Shown piece by piece: positions 1-8,946 of a stretch of 64,000 nucleotides of DNA (its first letter is position 1; each line of letters opens with the position of its first letter). This DNA comes from a virus, in the IMG/VR virus record IMGVR_UViG_3300034082_004296, positions 32,001-96,000 of that record. One strand, 5' to 3'. Under the pieces are notes generated by a model. It did not search any database. It saw only the letters and a program-made list of their open reading frames with translations, and was not told the origin of the DNA. The translations under genes and the position numbers were made by a program.

Positions 1-903
1 GTTCTTACCTGCCATATCACTATCGAATAGGATTAAGGTATTTGATTTGCTTAATAGGTTTTCTAACAAGAGTTTGCTTTTAGAAATACCAGTAGTTGCA
101 ATAGAATTATTTAGGAACATTGAATCTATTTGACCTTCAGTCACTAGAATAGGTTTTGAAAAGTCAACATTCAATACATTAAAATAATTATTGATCGAGT
201 CAATATCAGCAATAATGTCATCTTCGACATTTCGAACAAGTCCGTTCTTTTTTAACTCAGAATAGTTTTTAATTAGATATTTTGGTCCACTGATTCCTTC
301 TCCAATTCGACGTATTGCAAAGCCTAGGATCTTACCAGTTCGTTGGTCTAGATTAAAAAGATAGATTTTATCCTCTCTTGAATCAAAATAACTGCACCTT
401 TGAAATGCAGGAAGAGTGTCAAGGGCTCGATTCTTTATGAATAGTCCAAGTTCAGTGTCTGGATCAATCTCACTACATGGAGTCAATGAAAATCGAAGAG
501 CTACCTCTTCTATTTTTAAGAGATGATCGCTTGCGCTTTTATTGATTAGAAGTTCAATTAACGATCCTCTCTTCTTTTTAGAAGTTTGGGGTGTCCACTT
601 GACTTGGGCCTTGACATCAGGTAAACCTAATGAATATTTGAGCGCAAACTTAGAGATAAACTTAGGAATATCTGATTTTACTCCACATCCATCATTATAA
701 CATTTATAGAAACCTCGATCTGGATATATGTTACCTCTCTTTTTTCTGGAATCTGTTTTAGAATCACCACAATATGGGCAGGCAAAATTGATCTTATCGC
801 CAGATTCATATACCTCCTGTTTAAATCGATCTTCTGGAAATCTTTTCTTTAGGACATCCTTTATAAAGCTATATATGTTATAACCCGTCAATAGATCAAG
901 CAT
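1..903 (-). CDS. DNA primase (T4 gp61-like), runs off the window edge
   Basis: Not in the ORF track. My translation from ATG 903 gives MLDLLTGY...INFACPYCGDSKTDSRKKRG...YKCYNDGC (Zn finger) and VTEGQIDSMFL...LFDSD (TOPRIM). It overlaps the polymerase stop by 8 nt. Confidence 0.92.
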   Translation of the reverse strand, partial: MLDLLTGYNIYSFIKDVLKKRFPEDRFKQEVYESGDKINFACPYCGDSKTDSRKKRGNIYPDRGFYKCYNDGCGVKSDIPKFISKFALKYSLGLPDVKAQVKWTPQTSKKKRGSLIELLINKSASDHLLKIEEVALRFSLTPCSEIDPDTELGLFIKNRALDTLPAFQRCSYFDSREDKIYLFNLDQRTGKILGFAIRRIGEGISGPKYLIKNYSELKKNGLVRNVEDDIIADIDSINNYFNVLNVDFSKPILVTEGQIDSMFLNNSIATTGISKSKLLLENLLSKSNTLILFDSDMAGKN

Positions 904-2332
904 TTTCCTCCTCTTCTAATTCAAGAACAGGGTTTGCTTTTTCCTTCTTCTTCGTCATTCTTTTCAAATACTTATCGAGTTCAGGTTTTGGAACTATTGT
1001 AGTATTTAGGCCATATCGAGTAATGACTCCCAAGTATTCCTGAAAATCTTCCTCAGCTACATCAACATCAGCATTGCCGATTACCTTCCAGAATTTTTCT
1101 GGAACTTCAATGTATTCTAGTGTTTCTTGATCCACTATGTATAGAGGGTAGATATCAGCATCAGTCAATACTTTTTTACTCTTGACGGTTACTACTTCAA
1201 CTGCACGTTTTAAATTAGTATCAAGCGAGCTCATCTTCATTGCAGTAAGTAATCGATTTATTGGTTCAATTATTAGGGAAAAGAACTGTGAATCGATATC
1301 CATTAATAGAGCGATCTCGTCAGGATAGGTTCCAGGTGAGTATGCAAATACATCATGTCCGCCTTCATTTGTTTCAGGATTACAGTAGTAAAACTTGATC
1401 TTGTCCTTTTCTCTAATCTTAGGATATTTCTCAATAAGTCCAGTCTTAATTAGGATATGATTATAGATGGCGGCAGCTCGAGGAAAGATCGAGATTCCTT
1501 TCTTAAGTTCAAGTCTCTCTTCACTCGTGATATACTTATTATAGACTCGAATATTGAAATTAAATGCTAATTCATCTGGATGAAGAGAACGGGCTTCATT
1601 TTTAAGAACAGTTAGTCGAGGAATAATATCTTTTTCAATATCGAGTCGCTTACCTCGATCCATAATAAAGGAGGTAAGTTCAGTTAGTTTGTCTCGAGCC
1701 CAAATCGGATAAGAACCCTTAACTGGTTCAAGACCTTTGATTATCAAGTATCTCTTTTCTTGTGGTTCTAATTCATAATTTGGATTAGGTTCGTATGCCA
1801 CTCGAATAGCATAGTTTTTCTTTTTAAGCCAAATGCCAGTCTCTGACAAGTTTTCTAATTTAAACTTAAGTCGGTTTTTAGTATTAAATACTTTTCCATA
1901 TTTCTCAAAGCACATATCAAAATAATTGGAAAGTCGATGTCGGTCAATATTGATACAGATATTTAGTGCTTCATCTTTTGAAAAATCTGCACCAATGATT
2001 GAATCTAGGGCAGAGTCAAACTGTACATAGATTGAATCAGTATCGGTGTAAATAGCAGCTTCATCCTCAATCTTATTAATAGTATACCCATCGATTCCTA
2101 ATAATTTATGGAGTTCAGTGTCAAGATGCCACTTTTCTAGAAAATAGTGATTTACTGCCTTAATTGAAAACTTGATTAGATCTTGGCCCTGTAGAGTGAT
2201 TGACTGTGCGATATCTGGATTGTAGAAATAGAACCACTTATTCCCAAATGCTCCATAAATAGAGTTAATTAAGATCTTTATCGCGTTTTGCTTTAGATCA
2301 AGTTTTTTAATATGTTTTTCTTTATCTTCCAT
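896..2332 (-). CDS. Family B DNA polymerase, C-terminal part (gp43B-like)
   Basis: Motif B KILINSIYG near the N-terminus, motif C YTDTDS, KKNYA and IKGLE. No exonuclease domain or motif A. Confidence 0.93.
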   Translation of the reverse strand: MEDKEKHIKKLDLKQNAIKILINSIYGAFGNKWFYFYNPDIAQSITLQGQDLIKFSIKAVNHYFLEKWHLDTELHKLLGIDGYTINKIEDEAAIYTDTDSIYVQFDSALDSIIGADFSKDEALNICINIDRHRLSNYFDMCFEKYGKVFNTKNRLKFKLENLSETGIWLKKKNYAIRVAYEPNPNYELEPQEKRYLIIKGLEPVKGSYPIWARDKLTELTSFIMDRGKRLDIEKDIIPRLTVLKNEARSLHPDELAFNFNIRVYNKYITSEERLELKKGISIFPRAAAIYNHILIKTGLIEKYPKIREKDKIKFYYCNPETNEGGHDVFAYSPGTYPDEIALLMDIDSQFFSLIIEPINRLLTAMKMSSLDTNLKRAVEVVTVKSKKVLTDADIYPLYIVDQETLEYIEVPEKFWKVIGNADVDVAEEDFQEYLGVITRYGLNTTIVPKPELDKYLKRMTKKKEKANPVLELEEEENA

Positions 2333-2337
2333 GTAAT

Positions 2338-2366
2338 GTTATACTTATTAGACTCGATACAGTTTC
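2338..2366 (-). promoter_or_regulatory. Putative early/middle promoter (GAAACT-N17-TATAAC)
   Basis: Instance of a motif recurring upstream of at least 11 non-structural genes. Confidence 0.6.
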
Positions 2367-2423
2367 GGAAACTAAAATACTAAACGTTTCATAAACATTA
2401 AATCTTCGAAGGGTTTCTTGGAA

Positions 2424-2430
2424 ATAAATA
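2424..2430 (+). promoter_or_regulatory. Putative late promoter ATAAATA
   Basis: T4 late-box-like (TATAAATA) heptamer 18 nt before the ATG. Confidence 0.55.
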
Positions 2431-2448
2431 ACAAAAAGAAGTTTAGGT

Positions 2449-3075
2449 ATGGATGACCGTGGCCAAGATGGGACAGTTGATAAGACTTCAGAATTAAAGA
2501 CGGTTCTTCCATTCATGACAGAGTTTCCTTTTGGAGATTACGACATATCAATGGTTGAGCGAGGAGACGACCTTATAAAGCTGGGAGTCTCGCCAATTTT
2601 AGTGAAGGAGTTTGGAGATAATGGAACAATACGAAGCCTTAACTTCTACTATATTGAAGATGGATCAGACATTTCAATTTCTCTCTATGCGGGCGACGTT
2701 GAATGGATCGCAGAAGAGGCGATTCATATCAAAAAGATGGATGATTTACGTAAGACACTAGACGATTCACTAGAGAGCGATGACCTTCTATTAAAGACAA
2801 AGACGATCAAGAAGGGCAGAAAGTTCCTAAAGTTGCTAAACTGTGATAACGTTACTGGAATAGACTTCAACGAACTAATCATAGACTTTACTAATATTTA
2901 TGAGACCGCCCTAAATTCAAAGATTAGATTGGGTTTACAAAAATTGAGCGAGGCGACACTAAGATCCACTGAGTTTTCAGAAAAACAATTTAAAGCGGTG
3001 CGAGCCTTCCTTAATTTTCAAATCCATTACATAAAGATCCTACTTGGGATCGTGATTGCAGCTAAAATATACTAA
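2449..3075 (+). CDS. Hypothetical protein
   Basis: 208-aa ORF immediately upstream of phoH; no motif recognised. Confidence 0.75.
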   Translation: MDDRGQDGTVDKTSELKTVLPFMTEFPFGDYDISMVERGDDLIKLGVSPILVKEFGDNGTIRSLNFYYIEDGSDISISLYAGDVEWIAEEAIHIKKMDDLRKTLDDSLESDDLLLKTKTIKKGRKFLKLLNCDNVTGIDFNELIIDFTNIYETALNSKIRLGLQKLSEATLRSTEFSEKQFKAVRAFLNFQIHYIKILLGIVIAAKIY

Positions 3076-3078
3076 CTT

Positions 3079-3837
3079 ATGGCAAAACGAAGATTAAGCA
3101 AAGACGAATTAGAGGATATTGAAACTTGGCAACGGGAACGTGAAGCACTGACTGCCGCCAAGATGTTCACCAATAAAATAGAGATAAAGTGCAAGTCAAA
3201 GGCTCAAAAGGATGCCCTGACCGCTATTGAGGAGCATGATATCTCAATTATAACTGGACCTCCAGGAACAGGCAAGACTTACTTATCCTGTGCAAGAGCA
3301 TTAAAGTATCTAAAAGAGGATCCTGGTACGTATAAAAAGATTATCTTAATAAAATCAGTTAACGTACCTAAGGATGAGGAGATAGGTTACTTAAAGGGCA
3401 CATTAGAGGAGAAGATGGAGATGTACATGTATCCATTCATCTCTAACTTCCATAAAGTGATTGGTAAACAGGCGACTGAAGCACTAAAAGCATATGGAAA
3501 CATTGAGATACTACCTATCAAGTTTGCATTGGGTGTGACTCTAGATAACGCAGTCATCTTAATTGATGAAGCTCAACAGATAGCTAAGGATCACCTACAT
3601 ACACTATTGACCAGGATCGGTAGTAATTCCAAGATGGTATTCTTGGGAGATATTAAACAAAAATCGGTAAATAAGGGACAAAAGAGTGCTCTTGAGATCT
3701 TGATTGAACATTTTGTAGAGATTGAGGAGATAGGGATTGCTCAGCTTTCCAAAGAGGATATTGTACGTCACCCAATTATTATGAAACTAGAAGAGGTGTT
3801 TGAAAAGATAGAAAATTCTGAAAAACTAAATAAATAA
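3079..3837 (+). CDS. phoH: PhoH-family ATPase
   Basis: GPPGTGKT Walker A, IGYLKGTLEEKM, ILIDEAQ, LLTRIG, FLGD, DIVRHP. Confidence 0.95.
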   Translation: MAKRRLSKDELEDIETWQREREALTAAKMFTNKIEIKCKSKAQKDALTAIEEHDISIITGPPGTGKTYLSCARALKYLKEDPGTYKKIILIKSVNVPKDEEIGYLKGTLEEKMEMYMYPFISNFHKVIGKQATEALKAYGNIEILPIKFALGVTLDNAVILIDEAQQIAKDHLHTLLTRIGSNSKMVFLGDIKQKSVNKGQKSALEILIEHFVEIEEIGIAQLSKEDIVRHPIIMKLEEVFEKIENSEKLNK

Positions 3838-3852
3838 AAATAAAAGATTAAA

Positions 3853-4176
3853 ATGAAAAATCATGTAAAGAAATTTGGTTCATTTGTCAATGAACATTTT
3901 CACTATCCGAGCACAAAAAAACTTAGGTCTCAATTAGTAGGAGGAAAAGGGCAAAAGGCTCAATATGATGAACTTGGAGGAGGAGATCAAGTTGAGTTGG
4001 AAAGTCAGTTTGCAGAATTAAGCGGCGACCCTGAACTAGCCAAAGCATTTGTTAGAAAGCTATCTAAATATAACTCGATTGAGGATATAAAGGCAGGCTT
4101 AGAACAAATGTTGGATGTTTTAAGAAATCCTAGGACTGAAGATAATGAACCTGATTGGGACATGCGTAACTATTAA
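3853..4176 (+). CDS. Putative internal head protein with capsid-targeting-like leader
   Basis: Leader MKNHVKKFGSFVNE; ATAAATA at 3830-3836. Confidence 0.6.
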   Translation: MKNHVKKFGSFVNEHFHYPSTKKLRSQLVGGKGQKAQYDELGGGDQVELESQFAELSGDPELAKAFVRKLSKYNSIEDIKAGLEQMLDVLRNPRTEDNEPDWDMRNY

Positions 4177-4235
4177 TCTTTAACTTTTAAATGATTTGAA
4201 AACTCTGAAAAAATAAATAAAAATAAACTAGTATT

Positions 4236-4529
4236 ATGAATACAAATCATATAAAAACGTTTGGTCAATTTGTGAATGAATCTACTGAAGCGGGTTGGGA
4301 TCCAACTACTATTTCTTCTGTACAGGGAAAACTGGCGGTTACTAAAACTGGTAAACTGGACACAGCTACAATTCAAGCCCTTAAGGGTTATCAAGAAGGA
4401 CACTCAATATCAGTAACTGGGAAGATAGATAAAGCAACTCTAGCAAGTATGGGAATAAAAGGAAAATGGGTAGATGCAGGACATACATCGGCTGAACGAA
4501 AAGCAGGAATGAATTCAGCGATTCGATAA
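4236..4529 (+). CDS. Small peptidoglycan-binding-domain (PG_binding_1-like) protein with capsid-targeting-like leader
   Basis: Leader MNTNHIKTFGQFVNE, then VQGKL..TGKLDTATIQALKGYQEGHSISVTGKIDKATLASM; ATAAATA at 4213-4219. Confidence 0.7.
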   Translation: MNTNHIKTFGQFVNESTEAGWDPTTISSVQGKLAVTKTGKLDTATIQALKGYQEGHSISVTGKIDKATLASMGIKGKWVDAGHTSAERKAGMNSAIR

Positions 4530-4550
4530 AAATAAAATTTCCTAGATATC

Positions 4551-4580
4551 AAAAAAGCGACTTACTCAGGTCGCTTTTTT
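4551..4580. terminator. Bidirectional intrinsic terminator
   Basis: AAAAAAGCGAC-loop-GTCGCTTTTTT between convergent genes. Confidence 0.8.
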
Positions 4581-6136
4581 GATAAATCTACTATCTTATC
4601 TGATGTCTCAAATTTTTGTTCTCGATAGATCTCCTTTCTTACTTTTGCATGTCGAATCGAATAGCCATCGAGCTGATCGACTAGGTCCCAAACAAGGACT
4701 TTTGTCTTTTCGGCTAATTTTCTCATCCCTCGACCTATCGCTTGACGTAGGGTGACTTCAGCTTTTATTGATTCTGCTAAGATAATGTGGTGCAGATTCT
4801 TAGAGTCGATTCCAGTAGCAAAAGTACCGAAAGATGCGACCAAGATCACATCATCTTGTGATTCCAATATATCTTTAAATCGATCACGCTCTTTAGAGTC
4901 GACTTCGCCATCTATATAGAAGGTATTAGGGTTCCATTCCAATAATTTAGACTGGATTGCCTTTCCATAACCATTTTTGACGTCTGAAAAGAGGATCAGT
5001 GAGTTTTTTCCAAATTTTCGAGCAAGATCGCTAATAAAATCAAGTCTCTCCTTACTATCAAAGATAATTCCCTTTTCAATGGCTAACATGTCCCTCCCAA
5101 AGTCCTTGGGGTTGTTATACATCTCTTTTCCAGTCTCCTTGAGGTGCCAGTATTTTTGAATCATTGGATCCGATTCGTCATACTTTAGTTTGACAATCTT
5201 AATCTTAATATTTGGTGAATATCCATTATCAATTAGGTGTTTTGCTGAAAGAACCATCACCAATGGGCCAACATTTTCCTGCACTTTAAAGAAATCTGAA
5301 AACTGTTCATCTAGTTTAACGGTACCCGATAAACCAAGACGATATTCCCAATTGACGCAACATAGAAGGATCTCTCGAATGGAATTACCCTTAGACTTGT
5401 GTACCTCATCCACTTGAACTATTGAAAACTGTCGAAAGATTTCAACTGGGAGGTTTATTAGGCTCTGATAGGTTGAGATTACTATTTCAGCCGCATTGAA
5501 CCTCTCTTGAGTGAATTTGTCTTTACCTCCAATCGTACATACGTTCCATTCTTTACCAGGTCGAGCATACATTTCAAACTTTTCAGCGGTCTGGCCTACT
5601 AGTGAAATATTCGGGACTATAATTAGGGACTTCTTTTCTTTAGTAATCTTTCCTCCGTCTCTTAAGAATGAATTATAGATGAAAAAGATAAGGGTCTTAC
5701 CGGCAGAAGTCGCTAATTCTTGAGTACAAAACTTGTATTTAATTGCTCTAAATGCACCTTCTACTTGATAGTCCCTTGGCACGATTGGAAGGCCTCTCTC
5801 ATCAATAATTCCGTCCAGTAATTTCTCTACGTATTTTAGATACTGATCGCGACTTATTTTATTATTAACGAAAGTTTCTGCACCTTCAATCTCACAATCA
5901 TATCCAGACTTATCGGCAAAATTATAGATTTCCTTCCATAATCCAATGGCAATATTACCGTCCTTTGTAATAAATGAATCTAATCCGTCCCATACTCCAC
6001 GATCGACTAGGACATTAAACGCTGCTTTTTTAGATTTGCGCTTAAAAAACCTGAATAGACTAGTCTTTTCACTGTTTAAGGTGGAGTCAACTAGTTTGAT
6101 AAATTTCTTGTCTTGTGATACTTTGAATTTTAGCAC
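4562..6136 (-). CDS. uvsW: UvsW-like SF2 DNA helicase
   Basis: PRDYQ, ATSAGKT, DEVH, GLSGT, TGID, QAIGRGMR. Confidence 0.92.
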   Translation of the reverse strand: MLKFKVSQDKKFIKLVDSTLNSEKTSLFRFFKRKSKKAAFNVLVDRGVWDGLDSFITKDGNIAIGLWKEIYNFADKSGYDCEIEGAETFVNNKISRDQYLKYVEKLLDGIIDERGLPIVPRDYQVEGAFRAIKYKFCTQELATSAGKTLIFFIYNSFLRDGGKITKEKKSLIIVPNISLVGQTAEKFEMYARPGKEWNVCTIGGKDKFTQERFNAAEIVISTYQSLINLPVEIFRQFSIVQVDEVHKSKGNSIREILLCCVNWEYRLGLSGTVKLDEQFSDFFKVQENVGPLVMVLSAKHLIDNGYSPNIKIKIVKLKYDESDPMIQKYWHLKETGKEMYNNPKDFGRDMLAIEKGIIFDSKERLDFISDLARKFGKNSLILFSDVKNGYGKAIQSKLLEWNPNTFYIDGEVDSKERDRFKDILESQDDVILVASFGTFATGIDSKNLHHIILAESIKAEVTLRQAIGRGMRKLAEKTKVLVWDLVDQLDGYSIRHAKVRKEIYREQKFETSDKIVDLSKKRPE

Positions 6137-6151
6137 GAGAGTGCATTATTT

Positions 6152-6586
6152 TTATAGACCCAGTGTCTTTTCTATATCGAGTCGAGTTTTGATACCAAAG
6201 ATGATATTATCGATGGTCTTGATGGATTCATTGAAAAAGGTGATCTGGTTCTCGAATATCTCTAGAGATTCTTTAGTTGCTGATGTCCTACCCTCGATTA
6301 CCATGTTTTTTTCGTTGGCTTGATATCGGATCTGAAGATTCCTTGAGATATTTTCCATCTCCAAAGAACGCTCATCCCTGTATTTTTTTCTAAGTAGAGT
6401 CACGTGTTCCAATAGAGTATGATTGTCTTCTAACAATCTTTGACGAAGGGAGAGCATGTTTACTTGTGCCTCCTTAAGAGTTTTAAGGTTGGAAAGCTTT
6501 TCAATATTTTCATAGATCTCTTTAGAGACTTCAGCACGTCTGTCCTGAAATTTTTTAGAAATCTTGGATTTTGTCTCCTCGTTCAT
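6152..6586 (-). CDS. uvsY: UvsY-like recombination mediator
   Basis: 144-aa helical protein next to uvsW; C-terminal ESIKTIDNIIFGIKTRLDIEK resembles UvsY. Confidence 0.6.
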   Translation of the reverse strand: MNEETKSKISKKFQDRRAEVSKEIYENIEKLSNLKTLKEAQVNMLSLRQRLLEDNHTLLEHVTLLRKKYRDERSLEMENISRNLQIRYQANEKNMVIEGRTSATKESLEIFENQITFFNESIKTIDNIIFGIKTRLDIEKTLGL

Positions 6587-6629
6587 GCTAGAATAGTTTT
6601 ACTCTTTATACTCAAAAAAGAGGAAGGGT

Positions 6630-7121
6630 TTAACTCACAAAATCGATAAACTTATAATAGGTCGAGCCTATCTTAAAGTGTTCGTCGTTTACCATTTCGT
6701 CCTTACTTATCGATGAGACTACCTCGTTTCCTGCAGGAGAAGTCGAGCCGTCCTCAAAATAGTAATCAACAAATTCTTCACCTTTTTTACCAAGAATTAG
6801 GTTCTTGATCTTATATTTTTCAAAAATTTGTGGTATCTTATCTTTAAATGATACATCATCGTCAAGAACCATAAAGATGGATGGATAATCTATTAACTTA
6901 CCATCTTGACTAATAGCAGCAGACTGTTTTACATAATCGTCCTCAAGAAGATCAGAATCAAGAGCAGAGGTATAGGTCTCTTTGTCCTTGAATGTGATTA
7001 TCACAAAGGGAATCTTTGTTTGGATCGCATCCCTAACTTGGGTCCAAGTATGACTAGTCTCTTCAGTAGTAGACTTTATGTCCTGCTGATAGTCTTCGTA
7101 TAGTTTGATATATTTAGTCAT
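6630..7121 (-). CDS. Hypothetical late protein with leader motif
   Basis: MTKYIKLYEDY leader; ATAAATA on the - strand at 7144-7150. Confidence 0.65.
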   Translation of the reverse strand: MTKYIKLYEDYQQDIKSTTEETSHTWTQVRDAIQTKIPFVIITFKDKETYTSALDSDLLEDDYVKQSAAISQDGKLIDYPSIFMVLDDDVSFKDKIPQIFEKYKIKNLILGKKGEEFVDYYFEDGSTSPAGNEVVSSISKDEMVNDEHFKIGSTYYKFIDFVS

Positions 7122-7164
7122 CCTTTAAGATAAAACTTTTTATTATTTATCAATAAAATATAAT

Positions 7165-7752
7165 ATGAATGAAATAACTAGAATTTTAGTCTTTGACTTT
7201 GACGAGACACTATTTAGAATGCCCGGATATACTGATAGATTTTCAGTAGAGAGAATCCGACCGGAACTTAACTTTCCAGACCCTTACTCTTTTTACGATC
7301 ACCCAAGCTCAATGGATCCTGAGATACACAATATCCAACTGATAGGCCCAGTGTATGAAGATTGGAAAGCTGCAAGCGAAGATCCTAATGCAAGAGTGAT
7401 CTTAATAACTCATAGGACTGAGGAACTTCGACCTTGTGCCCAAAGACTATTGGACCAGCATAAAATTAAGTTTGACGAAACTTATTTCCTAGGTAGACTG
7501 AGTGAAAAGATCACGATTCTTGATGAGGAATTAAGCTATTTGCCCAATATCAAGGAGATCGCGATCTATGAGGATTCGCTAGAACAGTTAAGAAAGTATC
7601 AGGATTTCTTCTATGAAAAAGTAACTCGACTAAAAACCGTAAAGAGCCTAGATGATATGATAATATTAAACATGCAGTTTGTAGATAAGTCTAAAGTAAT
7701 CTCACTATACGACTTTAGTTCAGGCGAATCAAGAAGAATTGAATTGATATGA
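7165..7752 (+). CDS. HAD-superfamily phosphatase (Swiss-Army-Knife RNA-repair-like HAD)
   Basis: VFDFDETLFRMP motif I, LITHR motif II, K, IYEDS motif IV. Confidence 0.8.
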   Translation: MNEITRILVFDFDETLFRMPGYTDRFSVERIRPELNFPDPYSFYDHPSSMDPEIHNIQLIGPVYEDWKAASEDPNARVILITHRTEELRPCAQRLLDQHKIKFDETYFLGRLSEKITILDEELSYLPNIKEIAIYEDSLEQLRKYQDFFYEKVTRLKTVKSLDDMIILNMQFVDKSKVISLYDFSSGESRRIELI

Positions 7753-8345
7753 TAATAATGATAGAAGGTGCTCGGCACTCCGGTAAAACTTTTTTAATTG
7801 ATAAGTTTTTTGAACAAAATACAAATCCTGATGTTCACTACTACAAGTTTCAATTTGCAAAATACATTGATGATCTTGAGATGAGGGACCAAGAAACCGG
7901 TCCAGGTGTACACTATTTTAGTATCGCGAATGTCCTAACTATTCTTGAACTCAATAAGACTCTACTAAAGGATAAGATTCTAGTCTTTGATCGATGTATT
8001 TTTTCAGCATATGTGTGGTCGATCTATCGAGAAAGAATGGGACCATTTAGATTATTAGAAGAGTTTAGAAGAATACTAGTTAGTGATCTCTATCAAGACG
8101 TTAAACTATTGTATGTTGAACGTGATGAAAGCATTGAAATTATAAAGAGGGAAAAGGATTACTTTGGTAATTTTGAAAATTCAAATCGTGAAAGGGAACT
8201 CTTTGAGAGGATCTTCTCTGAATTCAATCCTCGAATAACAAATTCAGCTAGAAATAACGAATTTAGTCGCACAACCAATCATTTTGATGAGGCGAGTTCT
8301 ATTCAATTTAATCGAATGCTAAATGATCTAATAAATAGAGGTTGA
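7749..8345 (+). CDS. P-loop nucleoside monophosphate kinase (thymidylate/dNMP kinase-like)
   Basis: IEGARHSGKT and VFDRCIFSAYVW. Confidence 0.8.
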   Translation: MIIMIEGARHSGKTFLIDKFFEQNTNPDVHYYKFQFAKYIDDLEMRDQETGPGVHYFSIANVLTILELNKTLLKDKILVFDRCIFSAYVWSIYRERMGPFRLLEEFRRILVSDLYQDVKLLYVERDESIEIIKREKDYFGNFENSNRERELFERIFSEFNPRITNSARNNEFSRTTNHFDEASSIQFNRMLNDLINRG

Positions 8346-8377
8346 TAGCCATAATAAATAATAAAAAATATTTTAGG

Positions 8378-8935
8378 ATGGCTAGCAAATACATACCAAG
8401 CTATTTACAATACATTAAGGAAGCAGAAGAAGCGGCTTCTCCTCTAAAAGGTTACCCAGCAGATCAGCTGATTACCCGAATCGGTGAACTAATGGAGGTG
8501 TTATCAGATCAAGTAAGATTTGGAGTACCTTCAGATAACTTAGGTAGAGCAACTACTTATCGGGATGCAAATGGTGCTATTCAAAGAATCAAGGATATTG
8601 TACACTATTATACTAGCAAAAATGAGCAGGTCAGATTCTACTGCTGGTCGTTAAGCTATGGTGGAACCTGGAAAGCAGCTAAAAATCTTAGAAAAAAGAT
8701 AGAGGACGCTGGTGGATTTGGTGAAGAAATGAATAATGTCAACTTAAAAAAAGTAGTTGAGTATTTTGAGAACAACCCAGAGGATTCAGATAACCTTCGT
8801 AGTATCTCAATAAGTATTGACTCAGACAGTATCAGAAAAGCGATGGCTACACCAAAACCGGAAGAGAAACCGGAGGCGTCACCTGCCTCGACTGAAAAAC
8901 AGGCAGAGCAAAAACCAGCTGAACCAGAAATCTAA
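8378..8935 (+). CDS. Putative internal head protein
   Basis: Start revised to ATG 8378, after ATAAATA at 8354-8360; leader MASKYIPSYLQYIKE. Confidence 0.6.
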   Translation: MASKYIPSYLQYIKEAEEAASPLKGYPADQLITRIGELMEVLSDQVRFGVPSDNLGRATTYRDANGAIQRIKDIVHYYTSKNEQVRFYCWSLSYGGTWKAAKNLRKKIEDAGGFGEEMNNVNLKKVVEYFENNPEDSDNLRSISISIDSDSIRKAMATPKPEEKPEASPASTEKQAEQKPAEPEI

Positions 8936-8946
8936 AAGATAAATCC

